Positions 1 through 10,149 of a DNA stretch of 64,000 bases are shown here, in pieces (position 1 is the stretch's first letter; the number at the start of each line of letters is the position of its first letter). The notes under the pieces are model-generated. The model had not been told where the DNA came from, did no database searches, and saw only the letters and a list, made by a program, of their open reading frames with translations. The DNA comes from Myxococcota bacterium (lineage in GTDB: Bacteria > Myxococcota_A > UBA796 > SXON01): positions 284,800-348,799 of the forward strand of contig JAZKFH010000015.1 in NCBI GenBank assembly GCA_040386535.1, read 5' to 3'. The translations under genes and the position numbers were made by a program.

Positions 1-561
1 CGCGCCTTCGACGTGCAGCCGCCGGGCGACTCGGTGCTCCACAACCTGTCCCGCTACGCAATCCGCGAGGCGATCTACGTCGGGCGGTTCACCGCCTCCG
101 CGCGCGTGCGGCCGGCGAGCCGGGAGGAGGGCGCGCACGCCTCCTCTGCCGCACCCTCGGTCGCGTGGGAGCTCATCGGCGGCTACCCGGAGTTCGCGTC
201 CGTGTTCCGGCTCCTCGGCGGGGATCTCGCGCCCATGGCCGGCACCCGCAAGCTGGCGGGCTGGAAACAATCCGGCGCCGCGGAAGCGTCGAGCCCGCGT
301 GTCCCCCGGGTGGCGGTCGAGGAGGCCACGCTCGACGCCGACGCGATCCCCGCGCTCGAGGCGACGCCGATGCTCCCCACGCAGCGCACGTTGCCGGCGC
401 GCGTCTCGACCGTCTCCTCCGTCGGCGCCGTGCCAGCGCGCGTCACGCCGCCGTCCGCGCGTCCGCCCCCGGCCGCTACGCCGGCTTCAGTGACCGCGCT
501 CTACCTGATCTGTGGGCTGATCCTGGCCGCCCTTCTCGCCGCCGTCCTGCTCCTCCGCTGA
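1..561 (+). CDS. Hypothetical protein, 5'-truncated by the window edge; Pro/Ala-rich linker and C-terminal transmembrane anchor
   Basis: Frame open from base 1; ends in hydrophobic LYLICGLILAALLAAVLLLR; overlaps the convergent ABC gene by 75 bp. Confidence 0.6.
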   Translation, partial: RAFDVQPPGDSVLHNLSRYAIREAIYVGRFTASARVRPASREEGAHASSAAPSVAWELIGGYPEFASVFRLLGGDLAPMAGTRKLAGWKQSGAAEASSPRVPRVAVEEATLDADAIPALEATPMLPTQRTLPARVSTVSSVGAVPARVTPPSARPPPAATPASVTALYLICGLILAALLAAVLLLR

Positions 562-1506
562 GCCCGTGAGGCGGCGGAAGACCTCCTCCAACGTCGAGCG
601 CTCCTTCGTGAGCTCCCACACGCGGAGCCCCTGCGCCACAGCGAGGTCGAACAGCTCCTTGCGCACGTCGTTCGCGGCGAGCACCTCGAAGGACTGCTGC
701 GTCGGGTCCTCCGCGGTCTGCTCGGTCACCCGCGTGACCCCCGGAAGCGCCGCCACGAGCGCCTTGAGCGCCGGCGTGCCGAGCCGCACCGTGCCCGCCC
801 CGAACACGACCTTCACCAGCGCGCCGCCGGCCTGGCGCGCCTGGATCTCCTCGGTGGGCGCGTCCGCCACGATCTGGCCGCGGTTGAGGATCAACACGCG
901 ATCACAGGTGGCCTGGACCTCCTGCAGGATGTGGGTCGAGAGGATGACCGTGCGCGACCGCCCGATGCGACGGATGAGGTTGCGGATGGCCAGGATCTGG
1001 TTGGGATCGAGGCCGCTCGTCGGCTCGTCCAGGATGAGGATCGGCGGCTGGTGGAGCAGCGCCTGCGCGAGGCCGACGCGCTGCCGGTACCCTTTCGACA
1101 AGGTCCCGACGGGCTGATGGAGGCGGTCGGTGATGTCGCACTCGGCTGCCGCCCGCTCGATCGCCGTGACCCGCTCGGCCTGGGCCATGCCGCGCACGCG
1201 CCCGATGAAGTCGAGGTAGTCGAGCACGCGCATCTCGGCGTAGATCGGCGCCGACTCGGGGAGGTACCCGATGCGCCGCCGCACCTCGAGGGACTCGGTC
1301 ACCACATCGAACCCCGCCACCTTCGCCTCGCCGCCGGTGGGCGACAGGAACCCGGTGAGGATCTTCATCGTGGTCGTCTTTCCCGCGCCGTTCGGGCCGA
1401 GAAAGCCGACGATCTCGCCGGCGTTCACCGTGAAGGTCACCCCCGCGAGCGCGTGGAAGGAGCCGTATTGACGGGCCAGGGCGCGGACATCGATCATCGC
1501 GGACAT
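487..1506 (-). CDS. ABC transporter ATP-binding protein (GldA/ABC-2 type)
   Basis: Walker A GPNGAGKTT, signature LSKGYRQRVGLAQAL, Walker B ILILDEPTSGLDP, H-loop STHIL. Confidence 0.95.
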   Translation of the reverse strand: MSAMIDVRALARQYGSFHALAGVTFTVNAGEIVGFLGPNGAGKTTTMKILTGFLSPTGGEAKVAGFDVVTESLEVRRRIGYLPESAPIYAEMRVLDYLDFIGRVRGMAQAERVTAIERAAAECDITDRLHQPVGTLSKGYRQRVGLAQALLHQPPILILDEPTSGLDPNQILAIRNLIRRIGRSRTVILSTHILQEVQATCDRVLILNRGQIVADAPTEEIQARQAGGALVKVVFGAGTVRLGTPALKALVAALPGVTRVTEQTAEDPTQQSFEVLAANDVRKELFDLAVAQGLRVWELTKERSTLEEVFRRLTGSAEEQDGGEKGGQDQPTDQVERGH

Positions 1507-1602
1507 CCGGACGATTATCCCGGCGCTACGCGGGCGCCGCTATTCGGATTCGTCACGGAACGCCGGCCCCGGTGCTAAGCTGCTCGCCTCCTCGGAACGC
1601 CC

Positions 1603-2418
1603 ATGCTCGCCTCCGTTCTTCTCCTGTCCTTCCTCGCCTGCGACAGCCAGTACGTGATCGAGGAAGCCGAAGGGGAGGAGGTCGGCAAGGACGACACCGT
1701 CGCCGAAGAGGTCGACACCGCGCCCGACTACTCCGAGTACGACGGCGCCACGCTCGTCGTGACCGCCCCCGCGAGCGGCGCCTTCCTCCCCTACGGCGAG
1801 GAGTCGACCTTCTCCGCCGAGGTGCGGGACGCCGAGGGCAACGTGCTCCCGTTCGACGACATCGCGTGGTCGAGCAACGTCGACGCGGCCTGGCTCATCG
1901 CCGGCGCCGCCATCGAGGACGCCGGGCTCGACGTCGGCACCCACGCCCTCACCGCGGTGGCCGAGCTCCCCAACGGGGACCGCCTCGCCTACACCATCGG
2001 CGGCGTGCTCGTCCAGAGCGCCTATACGGGCGTCTACACCGGCACCCTCCAGGTCGACGCGACCGCCGAATACGACGGCACCTCCTACTCGGCCGGCTGC
2101 GCCGGGGCCCTGACCCTCGTGGTCGACGCGTATGGCGAGACCGCCACGGGGGACGCGGGCTGCCTGCTCTCGCTCCTCGGCTACGACCTCGACACCGCCT
2201 ACGTGTTCGACCTCACGAACGACGGCGGCACGCTCTCGGGGGACGCCGCGCTCGACCTGTCCTTCTACACGCTCGACATCGCCGCCACCGGCGAGATCAC
2301 CGAGGAGGGCACCGCCACGGTCGACTTCTCGGACGACGTGTACGGCTTCGCCCTGCTCGACGGCCACGTAGAGGTGACGCGGGTGAGCCGCGACATCTCG
2401 TCCTATACCGAGGAGTAG
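1603..2418 (+). CDS. Acidic lipoprotein of unknown function
   Basis: Signal peptide with lipobox LSFLAC; typical GC3-rich codons. Confidence 0.8.
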   Translation: MLASVLLLSFLACDSQYVIEEAEGEEVGKDDTVAEEVDTAPDYSEYDGATLVVTAPASGAFLPYGEESTFSAEVRDAEGNVLPFDDIAWSSNVDAAWLIAGAAIEDAGLDVGTHALTAVAELPNGDRLAYTIGGVLVQSAYTGVYTGTLQVDATAEYDGTSYSAGCAGALTLVVDAYGETATGDAGCLLSLLGYDLDTAYVFDLTNDGGTLSGDAALDLSFYTLDIAATGEITEEGTATVDFSDDVYGFALLDGHVEVTRVSRDISSYTEE

Positions 2419-2434
2419 CGCTCGGTCGCGCTGG

Positions 2435-3025
2435 TCACGGCGCCGGTCGGCGCACGAACAGCGGGTCCAGCCCGAAGCGCACGCCAACCTCGGCCAGCAC
2501 GTAGGCGTGCGGGCCACCGGTGTCCGGGAACACGAGCGCGTTGATGGCGGCCGTCGGCCGCAGGCCCGCGGTGTACCGGTTCTTCGGGAACGGCGGCGCG
2601 AAGTCCCAGCCGGCGCCGACCTCGAAGCCCGTGCGGTGCGTCAGGGACGCGTGCACCCCCGCGGTCACGGCGACGGGGTGGGCCAGGTAGTCCTCGATCT
2701 GGGACTCGTGGCTGTGGCTGAAGCCCAGGTGCACGTGGGGGCCGGTGCCGGTCGGGTACTGCACCACGACCCCGAGGTTGCCGATGTTGCGGACGGGCGC
2801 GCTCATCAGCGCCTCGCGGACGTAGGCCACCAGCGCCAGCGAGCGCCGCGGCTCGCGGCCGAGCCGCACGCCCACCTCGAGCCCCGCGCCACCGCCACCT
2901 TCGGGTGTGTCGTCCGCGCCCAGGCCACCGCCCACCGCGGCGCCAACCCACACCCGGGCGTCCTCGACCGGAGTCGCCACGTCGACAGGAGCCGCCGAGG
3001 CGGCCGACAAGAGCGTGAACAGCAT
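2435..3025 (-). CDS. Secreted hypothetical protein, probable small outer-membrane beta-barrel
   Basis: Signal peptide; alternating amphipathic strands (LEVGVRL, FEVGAGWDF, AEVGVRFG). Confidence 0.65.
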   Translation of the reverse strand: MLFTLLSAASAAPVDVATPVEDARVWVGAAVGGGLGADDTPEGGGGAGLEVGVRLGREPRRSLALVAYVREALMSAPVRNIGNLGVVVQYPTGTGPHVHLGFSHSHESQIEDYLAHPVAVTAGVHASLTHRTGFEVGAGWDFAPPFPKNRYTAGLRPTAAINALVFPDTGGPHAYVLAEVGVRFGLDPLFVRRPAP

Positions 3026-3069
3026 GGGCTCGCGCTATCACGGCGCGCCCGCCCCCCGCGCCCGTTCCG

Positions 3070-3594
3070 CTACTTCGCGTCCGTGTCCTCGGCGAACCCC
3101 GTCTCTCCCCGGCGCCCCGAGTCCGCGGTGTCCCCGTCGCGGCACTCGGCGAGGTTGGTCGGCGGCACCTCCCCGGTGTGGCGCACCCGGTCGACCCCTC
3201 GTGCGTGGCACGCCGAACACGCGGGCAGATCCCCGCTGTCGATGAGCGTGGCGTCCTCGTCGAAGTGGGCCCAGAACCAGGGGTTCACCACGTCGGGCCC
3301 CTTGCGCATCGCCACGAGCATCTTGGGCGTGCCGGCCGTGTCCTGGTAGCCCGACGCCACGAACAGGGCGCCTTCAGACCAGGGGCGGCCGGCCGCGCGA
3401 TCGGCGTCGGCCACCACGTTCTGCCAGATCTGGACGTAGGCGCCGTGGGCCCCCTCGCACGAGGGCTCCACGCCGGGCCAGTCGGTCGGGTGGGACCAGG
3501 AGACGTAGCCCGCCATCTCCGTGGCGAGCTCCGTGGCCGTGAACCCCTCCGGTTCCTTCGAACCTCCACAGGCGGCGAGCAGGACCAGGAGCAT
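3070..3594 (-). CDS. Cytochrome P460/c'-beta family lipoprotein
   Basis: Lipobox LLAAC; single C-terminal CSACH heme motif preceded by LVAMRK...WFWAHF. Confidence 0.75.
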   Translation of the reverse strand: MLLVLLAACGGSKEPEGFTATELATEMAGYVSWSHPTDWPGVEPSCEGAHGAYVQIWQNVVADADRAAGRPWSEGALFVASGYQDTAGTPKMLVAMRKGPDVVNPWFWAHFDEDATLIDSGDLPACSACHARGVDRVRHTGEVPPTNLAECRDGDTADSGRRGETGFAEDTDAK

Positions 3595-3603
3595 CGCCGT
3601 GCT

Positions 3604-5124
3604 CTATTTCGTCGGCGCGGCGAGCGTGGCGTTCTCCCCGACGTCCTTCAGAGTGTCCTTCACGGCGTTCTTCATGTCGTCGCGCACCCAGAGCGCATAC
3701 CAGCGCCGGTGGTGCTGCCACGCGACCTCCGCCTGCGAGAAGCGCCCCTTCACCCGTGCGTCGCGGAGCAGCGTCCGCTCGGGTGCGTAGATGGTGGGCA
3801 GCTCCTCGGGGGTGGTCGCCGTGGTGACGAGGAACGCCGGCTCGTGCCCGAGCACGTAGTCGACATCGAACCGCTTCCCCGTGAGCCGCGGATCGGTGAG
3901 CGAGTAGGGGTGGATGTCGACCACGTTCACGTGGGGGCCGGCGAAGTAGGGCACCACGCCGGCGTCACGCGCGAGGAGCCACGCGCCTTCGGGCGCCACC
4001 GCGGCCACGCGCCGGCCCATCCGTTCGGCCTCGTTGTCGGGGAGCGCGGTGTTGCGCAGATCGTACCGGGCCTCGACCGCGCGCGAGGGGCCGAGCGTGA
4101 GCCAGAGGGTCCAGGCGGCGAGGGCGGGGACAGCGAGGCGACGGGCCCACGGCGCCAGGCCCTGCACGACCGGCGCCGCCGCGCACACCACGAGCGCGAT
4201 GGGCGCGAGGAACAGGCGCGCGCCCGGCATCCAGTTGTAGACGCGCATCGAGAGCAGGGTGAGCCCTGCGGCGACGGCGAGCAGCGCGTAGCGGGGGGCC
4301 CGGCGCGGCCCGAGCACCGCGGCGGCGACGAACAGGACGAGCGCCCCGGCGTACAGCGCCACGGAGCGCCGGTAGTAGGGCGTGTTCATCTCGAACATGT
4401 CGAGGAACGGCTCGCGGGCCTGCGCCGCGTACGTGTTGGGGACGAGGGTGCCGAAGTAGACGGAACGCGCGACGAAGTAGGGGACGACCACCGCGGTGAA
4501 GGCCAGGAGCGGCACGATCGCCGTCGCCACGCGGCTCCGGACGTCCCGCGGGTCCGCCACGAACGTCCGCGCCGCGAGCATCGCCGCGAGGGCCCCGCCG
4601 GCAACGAGCCCCTCGGGCCGCACCAGGTAGAGCAGGCCGCACACCACCCCCGCGAGGGCCGGGTGCGTTCCCGCGATCGTGGCCCACGCCGCGCCGAGCA
4701 GGAGCGCGACGTACAGCGCGGTCTCCAGGCCGTTGGTGGCGGCGATCCCGAACACGGGCAGCGCCGCCAGGATCGTGGTGGGGAGCAGCGCCCAGGGGGA
4801 TCCCCGCCCGCAGAGCGCGGTGCCGAGCCCCGTCGCGTTCACCAGCGCCACCGCCCCGAAGAACAGCCCCCACCCCGTCGCCCACGTCGAGGGGTGGACC
4901 GGCAGCACCGTCCCGGGGGCCATCCAGAGCACCCAGAGGAGGTTCGTGTAGCCTTCGACCGGCGGCTGGCCGGCGTTGTAGACGAGCCCGTTCCCGAGCG
5001 CGAGGTGACGCGCGTAGCGGAGCGACACGTACGCGTCGTCCACCATGGAGGGGAGGGTGGGCCAGGCCGAGGCCACGAAGACGGCGACCGCGAGGAGGGT
5101 GCCGAGGAGGAGGGTGCGGGTCAC
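3604..5124 (-). CDS. Polytopic GT-C-type glycosyltransferase
   Basis: DDAYVSLRYARHL..GNGLVYN..VEGYTN motif, RPEG, VPNTYAA, DAGVVPY; many TM helices; GTG start at 5124 chosen over the ORF-track start. Confidence 0.8.
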   Translation of the reverse strand: MTRTLLLGTLLAVAVFVASAWPTLPSMVDDAYVSLRYARHLALGNGLVYNAGQPPVEGYTNLLWVLWMAPGTVLPVHPSTWATGWGLFFGAVALVNATGLGTALCGRGSPWALLPTTILAALPVFGIAATNGLETALYVALLLGAAWATIAGTHPALAGVVCGLLYLVRPEGLVAGGALAAMLAARTFVADPRDVRSRVATAIVPLLAFTAVVVPYFVARSVYFGTLVPNTYAAQAREPFLDMFEMNTPYYRRSVALYAGALVLFVAAAVLGPRRAPRYALLAVAAGLTLLSMRVYNWMPGARLFLAPIALVVCAAAPVVQGLAPWARRLAVPALAAWTLWLTLGPSRAVEARYDLRNTALPDNEAERMGRRVAAVAPEGAWLLARDAGVVPYFAGPHVNVVDIHPYSLTDPRLTGKRFDVDYVLGHEPAFLVTTATTPEELPTIYAPERTLLRDARVKGRFSQAEVAWQHHRRWYALWVRDDMKNAVKDTLKDVGENATLAAPTK

Positions 5125-5204
5125 CTGCCCTTCTACCCGGTGCCGCCGTTCCCCGGGGCCGCCGGCTACCGGTGCGGGCCCGCGCGCGCTATCGGGCGCC
5201 ACCC

Positions 5205-6248
5205 ATGCGCGCCGAACGTCGCCATCGCAGCCGCCGCTTCCGCCTGCTGCTCGGCATCCTCTTCGCGTGCGTGGTGCTCTACCTCCTCGAGGTCGGCCTG
5301 CGCATCGCCGGCGTCGCGCCCGCGTACCGGTCCGGCGCCTCGGGCAGCTGGCGCATGACGCCCAACCTCCAGGCCTCGTCCCTGCGCGGCCCGCGCGACG
5401 GGCACGACTTCACCGTGTCCACCAACGCCGACGGGCTCCGGACGAAGCTCCCCAAGGAGCGCACCCCCGGCGTCACCCGCGTGGCGGTCATGGGAGACTC
5501 CACGGTCTTCGGCTGGGGCGTGAACGACGGCGAGTCCGTCGCGGAGGGCCTCCAGGCGGCGCTCGACGCGGAGGTCCCCGGGCAGGTGGCCGGGAAGGTC
5601 GAGGTCCTCAACGCCGGGCAACCCGGGTACTCCACGACCCAGGCGGCGTGGTTCTTCGACGAGGTGGTCAAGGCCTACACGCCCGACCGCGTCATCGTCT
5701 TCGTGCCGATGCACGACTTCAACAAGGTGCTCGTCTCCGACCGCGAGGTGCTCGACGGCGGCGCCACCCTGGCCGCGCGCACGCGCATCCTGCTCGCCTC
5801 CAACTCGCGGGCGTATCAGCTGCTCCGCCAGTCGATGTGGGCGGGCACCGAGGAGCCGATGCTGCTCCCCGACCGGCCGACCGGCGAGCCGCGCGTGGAG
5901 CGGGTCTCCGATGCCGAGCGCGCCGCGGCGTTCGACGCGATGCGCGCCACGCTCGCCGAGTGGGGCGGGCAGCTGCTCATCGGGTTCCTCCCGTTCCACG
6001 CCGACCTCGTCGGGCAGACCGGGCGCGACGGGGCGGATCGGGTCGGGGTCCCCTGGGCGCGCGCGTACGGCAAGGCCCACGACGTCGCGCTCGTCGACGT
6101 GCGGGCGTGTTGTGGCCCCGACGGTGGCGCGCTGGTGCTCCCCGACGACTACGGCCACCTCGCCGCCGAGGGCAACCGTCGGGTGGGCGCCGCGATGGCG
6201 CCGGCCGTGCGCGCGTCTCTGCTACTGTCGGCGCCGGAGGCCCCGTGA
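5205..6248 (+). CDS. Membrane-anchored SGNH/GDSL hydrolase-family protein
   Basis: MGDSTVFGWG block I, NAGQPGYST block II, DYGHL (DxxH); N-terminal TM helix. Confidence 0.9.
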   Translation: MRAERRHRSRRFRLLLGILFACVVLYLLEVGLRIAGVAPAYRSGASGSWRMTPNLQASSLRGPRDGHDFTVSTNADGLRTKLPKERTPGVTRVAVMGDSTVFGWGVNDGESVAEGLQAALDAEVPGQVAGKVEVLNAGQPGYSTTQAAWFFDEVVKAYTPDRVIVFVPMHDFNKVLVSDREVLDGGATLAARTRILLASNSRAYQLLRQSMWAGTEEPMLLPDRPTGEPRVERVSDAERAAAFDAMRATLAEWGGQLLIGFLPFHADLVGQTGRDGADRVGVPWARAYGKAHDVALVDVRACCGPDGGALVLPDDYGHLAAEGNRRVGAAMAPAVRASLLLSAPEAP

Positions 6249-7162
6249 TCCTCGCGCTCCTCCTCGCCGCCTGCACCGTGCCCGCCCCCGATCTCGCACG
6301 CCCGACCGCCGCGGATCCCCGCCCGGCCGATCCCGCGTCGCCCCCGCCCGCCGCGGGCCCCGAAGGCGAGAAGCTCTACCAGCTGCTCTACGCGGGAGAG
6401 CTGGGCGCCGAGGCCCGCGCGATGGGCCAGCAGGCGCGGATCCTGGCGTGGCTCGCCGCCATGGAGCTCGACGCGCCGCAGCTCGACGCTCTCGCCGCCC
6501 TCGCGGTCGACGTGCATCAGCGCGAGGCGACGATCGCGGCCGCCCGGGCCGAGGTGGGCGCGCGGGAGCAGGCCCTCCTCGGGCCGCTGTACGCGGAGCT
6601 CGGGGCCCGCCTCGCCGCCCCCGAAGCCATCACCGAGGTGGAGAGCGCCGCGTTCGCCGCGCGCCTGGAGGCCGCCCGTGCCGAGGCCTACGCCGGCGAG
6701 GACCCCCGCGCCGTCCACTACACCGTCCTGAACGGGCTCCTCGAGGCCGTGCGGCCGTGGATCCGCTCCCTCTCGGCCGCCCAGCGCGCCACCCTCGGCG
6801 AGAGCCGGTTCTTCCTCGGCCGTCGCCTCGGCCCCTTCGTCAACCCCGGCGACTACGGCGCGCTGGTCGGCACGATGTGGGACGGCGGCGACTTCGGCTC
6901 GCTCCGCGCCACCGTGCGCCCGACCGACGAGGGCCACCTCGATCTCGGCGGCCTCTGGAGCATCGAGGCCATGCAGGCCGGGCCCGACCGCAAGCTGGAG
7001 GGCCTCCAGGTCGAGGCGATCCTGTTCATGGCGCTCCAGGACGCGGAGCTCCCCGCGGCGATCGAGCTCCGGCGGAGGGCGGCAGGAATGGCCGGCTTCA
7101 CGGCCGCTGACGCGCCCGCATCGCCGGATCGCACCGGCGCAGAGCCGCCGGCGCACCCCTAG
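6245..7162 (+). CDS. Alpha-helical lipoprotein of unknown function
   Basis: GTGA overlap with upstream stop; lipobox LLLAAC. Confidence 0.75.
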   Translation: MILALLLAACTVPAPDLARPTAADPRPADPASPPPAAGPEGEKLYQLLYAGELGAEARAMGQQARILAWLAAMELDAPQLDALAALAVDVHQREATIAAARAEVGAREQALLGPLYAELGARLAAPEAITEVESAAFAARLEAARAEAYAGEDPRAVHYTVLNGLLEAVRPWIRSLSAAQRATLGESRFFLGRRLGPFVNPGDYGALVGTMWDGGDFGSLRATVRPTDEGHLDLGGLWSIEAMQAGPDRKLEGLQVEAILFMALQDAELPAAIELRRRAAGMAGFTAADAPASPDRTGAEPPAHP

Positions 7163-7218
7163 TCACCCCCGTCGCCGCAGCGGCCGCGCTCGGGCGGCCG
7201 GCTGCCCAGCCGTCCCGT

Positions 7219-8766
7219 TCACGGCACCATCAGCTCCACCGCCGGCCCGCCCCGCAGGCCTGCCCTCGTGTCTGTCGCCCCGCGCGTGTCGGTCGCCTCG
7301 ATCTCGACGGCGTCGACATCTCCGCGCACCCGCACGTCGAACGGCCCGGCCGCCGCGAGGCGCACGCTCGCGACGACAGCGCCGCCCGGCGCGCGCACCT
7401 CGACCTGGTAGGGCGCCTCGCCGCCGCGGACACTCCCGGAGAGCGCCCAGCGGGGGCCGTTCGGGACGGGCTCCGGCGCGGCGGTCTGGGCGGTGGGGGC
7501 GCGCTCGCGGGAAGGGCCCGGTGCCGCCGGGCTCATCGCGGGCTGGCCGTTGGAGGCGGGGCGCTCGTGCCCGTTCGGCGGAGGCGGGGTGCTCCCGTCG
7601 CCGAAGAGGTTCCGTTGGGGCGAGCTCGGGTTCGGATCGCCGGTGTTGAAGCGGTTGTCCACCAGGGTCTCCGCGGGGAACGCGGCGCCGCTCGCGAGCA
7701 GGCGGTCGGTGGGCCACCCCGCCGCGCGGAGGGCCTCGTCCGCGGCCTGCGCGAACACGGCGTGGCCCGCGGCGGTGGGGTGCATCACGTCGAGGAAGAG
7801 CGCGTCGGGGGCGCCGGCGGCGCGGAGCGCGGGGAGGGTCTCGATGAGCGGGATGCCGTGGTGCGCGGCGACCTTCCGCTGGGCGTCGAAGAACACGTCC
7901 CAGGAGGCGCCGTCCCCGTACCGCCCGTCGACGATGCCGATGTTGCACGGCGCGAAGATCGCCACGCCGACGCCGCGGGTCGCGGCCTCCCTCGCGAAGA
8001 AGTCGAGGTTCTCCGCGTAGCGACGGAGCGAGACCCGCCGGAGGCCCGTCTCGGGCCACTGCGTCTGCCGCGTCCACGTCACGAGGCGCGCGCCGTCGCC
8101 GCCGCGGGCCTCGTCCACCGCGCTCACGAGGAGGCGGAAGAAGTGGCTCGCGTACAGAGGGTTGTTCGCGCGGGCGCGCGCGGTCGCGAGCAGATCCTCG
8201 TCGCGAAAGGAGTCGACGTTGTTGTCGCTCCACAGGTTGCCGACCACGAGCAGGTCCGGCGCGAGCGCCCAGCCCACCTCGTCGAGCTGGATCCGCGTCT
8301 GTTCGGTGGAGTAGCCGGGCACGCCGCCGTTGAGCACCTCGACGTCGAGCGCCGGCGCGTCGGGCGAGCCGGCGCGGAGGCGCGCCTGGAGCTGGGCGGG
8401 GAAGGTGTCCTCGTCCGCGACACCGTGCCCGAAGTAGGTGCTGTCGCCGAGCACGAGCACGCGGAGGCGGCCGGCGGGCTTCGGGTCCGCGGGGGCCGGC
8501 CCGCGCATCCCGAGGGCGTTGATGGTGGCCGTCACCCCGGCGTTCCGCTTGGGCCCCGGCGAGAGCGCCCAGAGCCGCGTCGGGTGGCCGGACATCACCA
8601 CCCCCGCCGCGTCGGCGAGGCGCCACTCGGGGAACTCGGCGCCCACGAAGCGCGCGCCCTGCTCGAGCATGGTCGCGATGACGACGATCACCACGGTCGA
8701 GGCGACGAGGCGGAACGGGAGGGATCGGCGGGCGCGATGGGCCCCGCTCCGGCCCCCGCGCGTCAT
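7219..8766 (-). CDS. SGNH/GDSL hydrolase-family protein with Pro-rich linker and C-terminal beta domain
   Basis: LGDSTYFGHG, NGGVPGYSTEQ, DVMHP motifs. Confidence 0.9.
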   Translation of the reverse strand: MTRGGRSGAHRARRSLPFRLVASTVVIVVIATMLEQGARFVGAEFPEWRLADAAGVVMSGHPTRLWALSPGPKRNAGVTATINALGMRGPAPADPKPAGRLRVLVLGDSTYFGHGVADEDTFPAQLQARLRAGSPDAPALDVEVLNGGVPGYSTEQTRIQLDEVGWALAPDLLVVGNLWSDNNVDSFRDEDLLATARARANNPLYASHFFRLLVSAVDEARGGDGARLVTWTRQTQWPETGLRRVSLRRYAENLDFFAREAATRGVGVAIFAPCNIGIVDGRYGDGASWDVFFDAQRKVAAHHGIPLIETLPALRAAGAPDALFLDVMHPTAAGHAVFAQAADEALRAAGWPTDRLLASGAAFPAETLVDNRFNTGDPNPSSPQRNLFGDGSTPPPPNGHERPASNGQPAMSPAAPGPSRERAPTAQTAAPEPVPNGPRWALSGSVRGGEAPYQVEVRAPGGAVVASVRLAAAGPFDVRVRGDVDAVEIEATDTRGATDTRAGLRGGPAVELMVP

Positions 8767-9998
8767 GCCGCGGGCTCTTCCAGCGCGCCGTCACGCCCCT
8801 CGACGAGGCGCAGCGTGCGCCCCCCGGTCGTGACGCTCCACGCGCCGTTGTCGCGGTGCGCAGTCACGCGGGCGAGGGCGGGCACGCCCGGGTCCTGCGC
8901 GAGGACGCAGATCGAGCCCACGCCGGTCGGGAGCAGGTCGGCGTAGTCCTTGAGCGTGGCGGCGTCCGACTGGGTGCCGACGAACAACACGGCCACCGCG
9001 CCGCCGTCCCGCTGGAGCAGCTCGGCGGCGTCGCCCACGTGGGAGGGGCGGATGTTCGTCGCGCGGTACACGGGGCCGCCGAAGACCGGGGGCGCGGCCA
9101 CGGAGGACGGCGCCGCGAACAACACGCGGTGGTGGCGGGCCAGCGTCGCGAGCAGCGGCCGCACGAGCGCGTCGGTGTCGGCCTCGGGCACGAGCCAGAG
9201 CGAGAGCCCGTCGGAGAGGGAAGGGGTGCCGGCGCCGAGCAGGCCGGGCTCGGGCACGGCGACGAGGCCGCCGGAGCGGGACCCGCCCTCGGCGGGGCGG
9301 TTGCGCAGCCAGAGCCACGCCACGCCCACGAGCACGAGCACGCCGAGACCGAAGCCGATGTAGAGCGTCCCGTCGGTCGACGAGGTGGCGGTGCGGTCGC
9401 CGAGCGGTGGCGTGCCCGAGGCCGGGCCGCCTGAGGGCCCGCCCGTGGGGCCGAAGCTCGGGCCGTTGGAGCCACCGGGCCCGCCCGCGCCCGCGCCTCC
9501 CTGCCCAGAACCGCCCTGCCCAGGACCGCCCGCACCCGTTGCGCCCGGACCGGACGCCGGGGTGCCCCCTTCGACCGGCGTGCCGCCGTCGCCCGCGGAC
9601 GGCTCGGTTGGGGCGACGCCGCCGCCGGACACGCCCGCCTCCGCGACCACGGTGTCCCCCTTCAGCATCACCTGCAGATCGCGTGCGGCGTCGTCCGCGT
9701 TCCACGACACGCTGCCGCCCTGGAGCGTCTTGCCGCCCACCTCGACCGCGACGGTGAACGCGTCGCCCTCGAGCCATGCCGAGCTCGACCAGACGCCGTC
9801 GCTGCCGCCCACGTCGGGCGGGACGCCGTCGTCCTTCACCTCGAGCCGGGTGGCCTCGCCGACGGTCGGCGTGAGGAGGACCACGGCCGGGCCGGTGAAC
9901 GAGGCGCCGCCGGTGTCCAGGCGCACCACGAGCCCGTGCTGCTCCGCGTGGGCCGGCGTGGACCAGAGCAGGAGCGGGAGGAACGACAACGCCAACAT
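8763..9998 (-). CDS. Single-pass membrane protein: extracellular choice-of-anchor-X-like domain, Gly-rich linker, cytoplasmic alpha/beta domain
   Basis: Signal peptide MLALSFLPLLLWSTPAHA; KDDGVPPDVGGSDGVWS motif; TM YIGFGLGVLVLVGVAWLWL; ATGA overlap with SGNH gene. Confidence 0.7.
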   Translation of the reverse strand: MLALSFLPLLLWSTPAHAEQHGLVVRLDTGGASFTGPAVVLLTPTVGEATRLEVKDDGVPPDVGGSDGVWSSSAWLEGDAFTVAVEVGGKTLQGGSVSWNADDAARDLQVMLKGDTVVAEAGVSGGGVAPTEPSAGDGGTPVEGGTPASGPGATGAGGPGQGGSGQGGAGAGGPGGSNGPSFGPTGGPSGGPASGTPPLGDRTATSSTDGTLYIGFGLGVLVLVGVAWLWLRNRPAEGGSRSGGLVAVPEPGLLGAGTPSLSDGLSLWLVPEADTDALVRPLLATLARHHRVLFAAPSSVAAPPVFGGPVYRATNIRPSHVGDAAELLQRDGGAVAVLFVGTQSDAATLKDYADLLPTGVGSICVLAQDPGVPALARVTAHRDNGAWSVTTGGRTLRLVEGRDGALEEPAA

Positions 9999-10149
9999 TC
10001 GGGCTCCGGTGGGCCGGGGGGAGGGGGAGGGTAGCACGTAGGGCGGGACAGGCCCGCGATCCGCCCAGAAGCGAGGGCCCGCCGATCCACCCGGCCTCCG
10101 GCGAGCGAGGTGGACATCCGCCGGGCCCTTCACTAAGGTGCGAGCGCCC

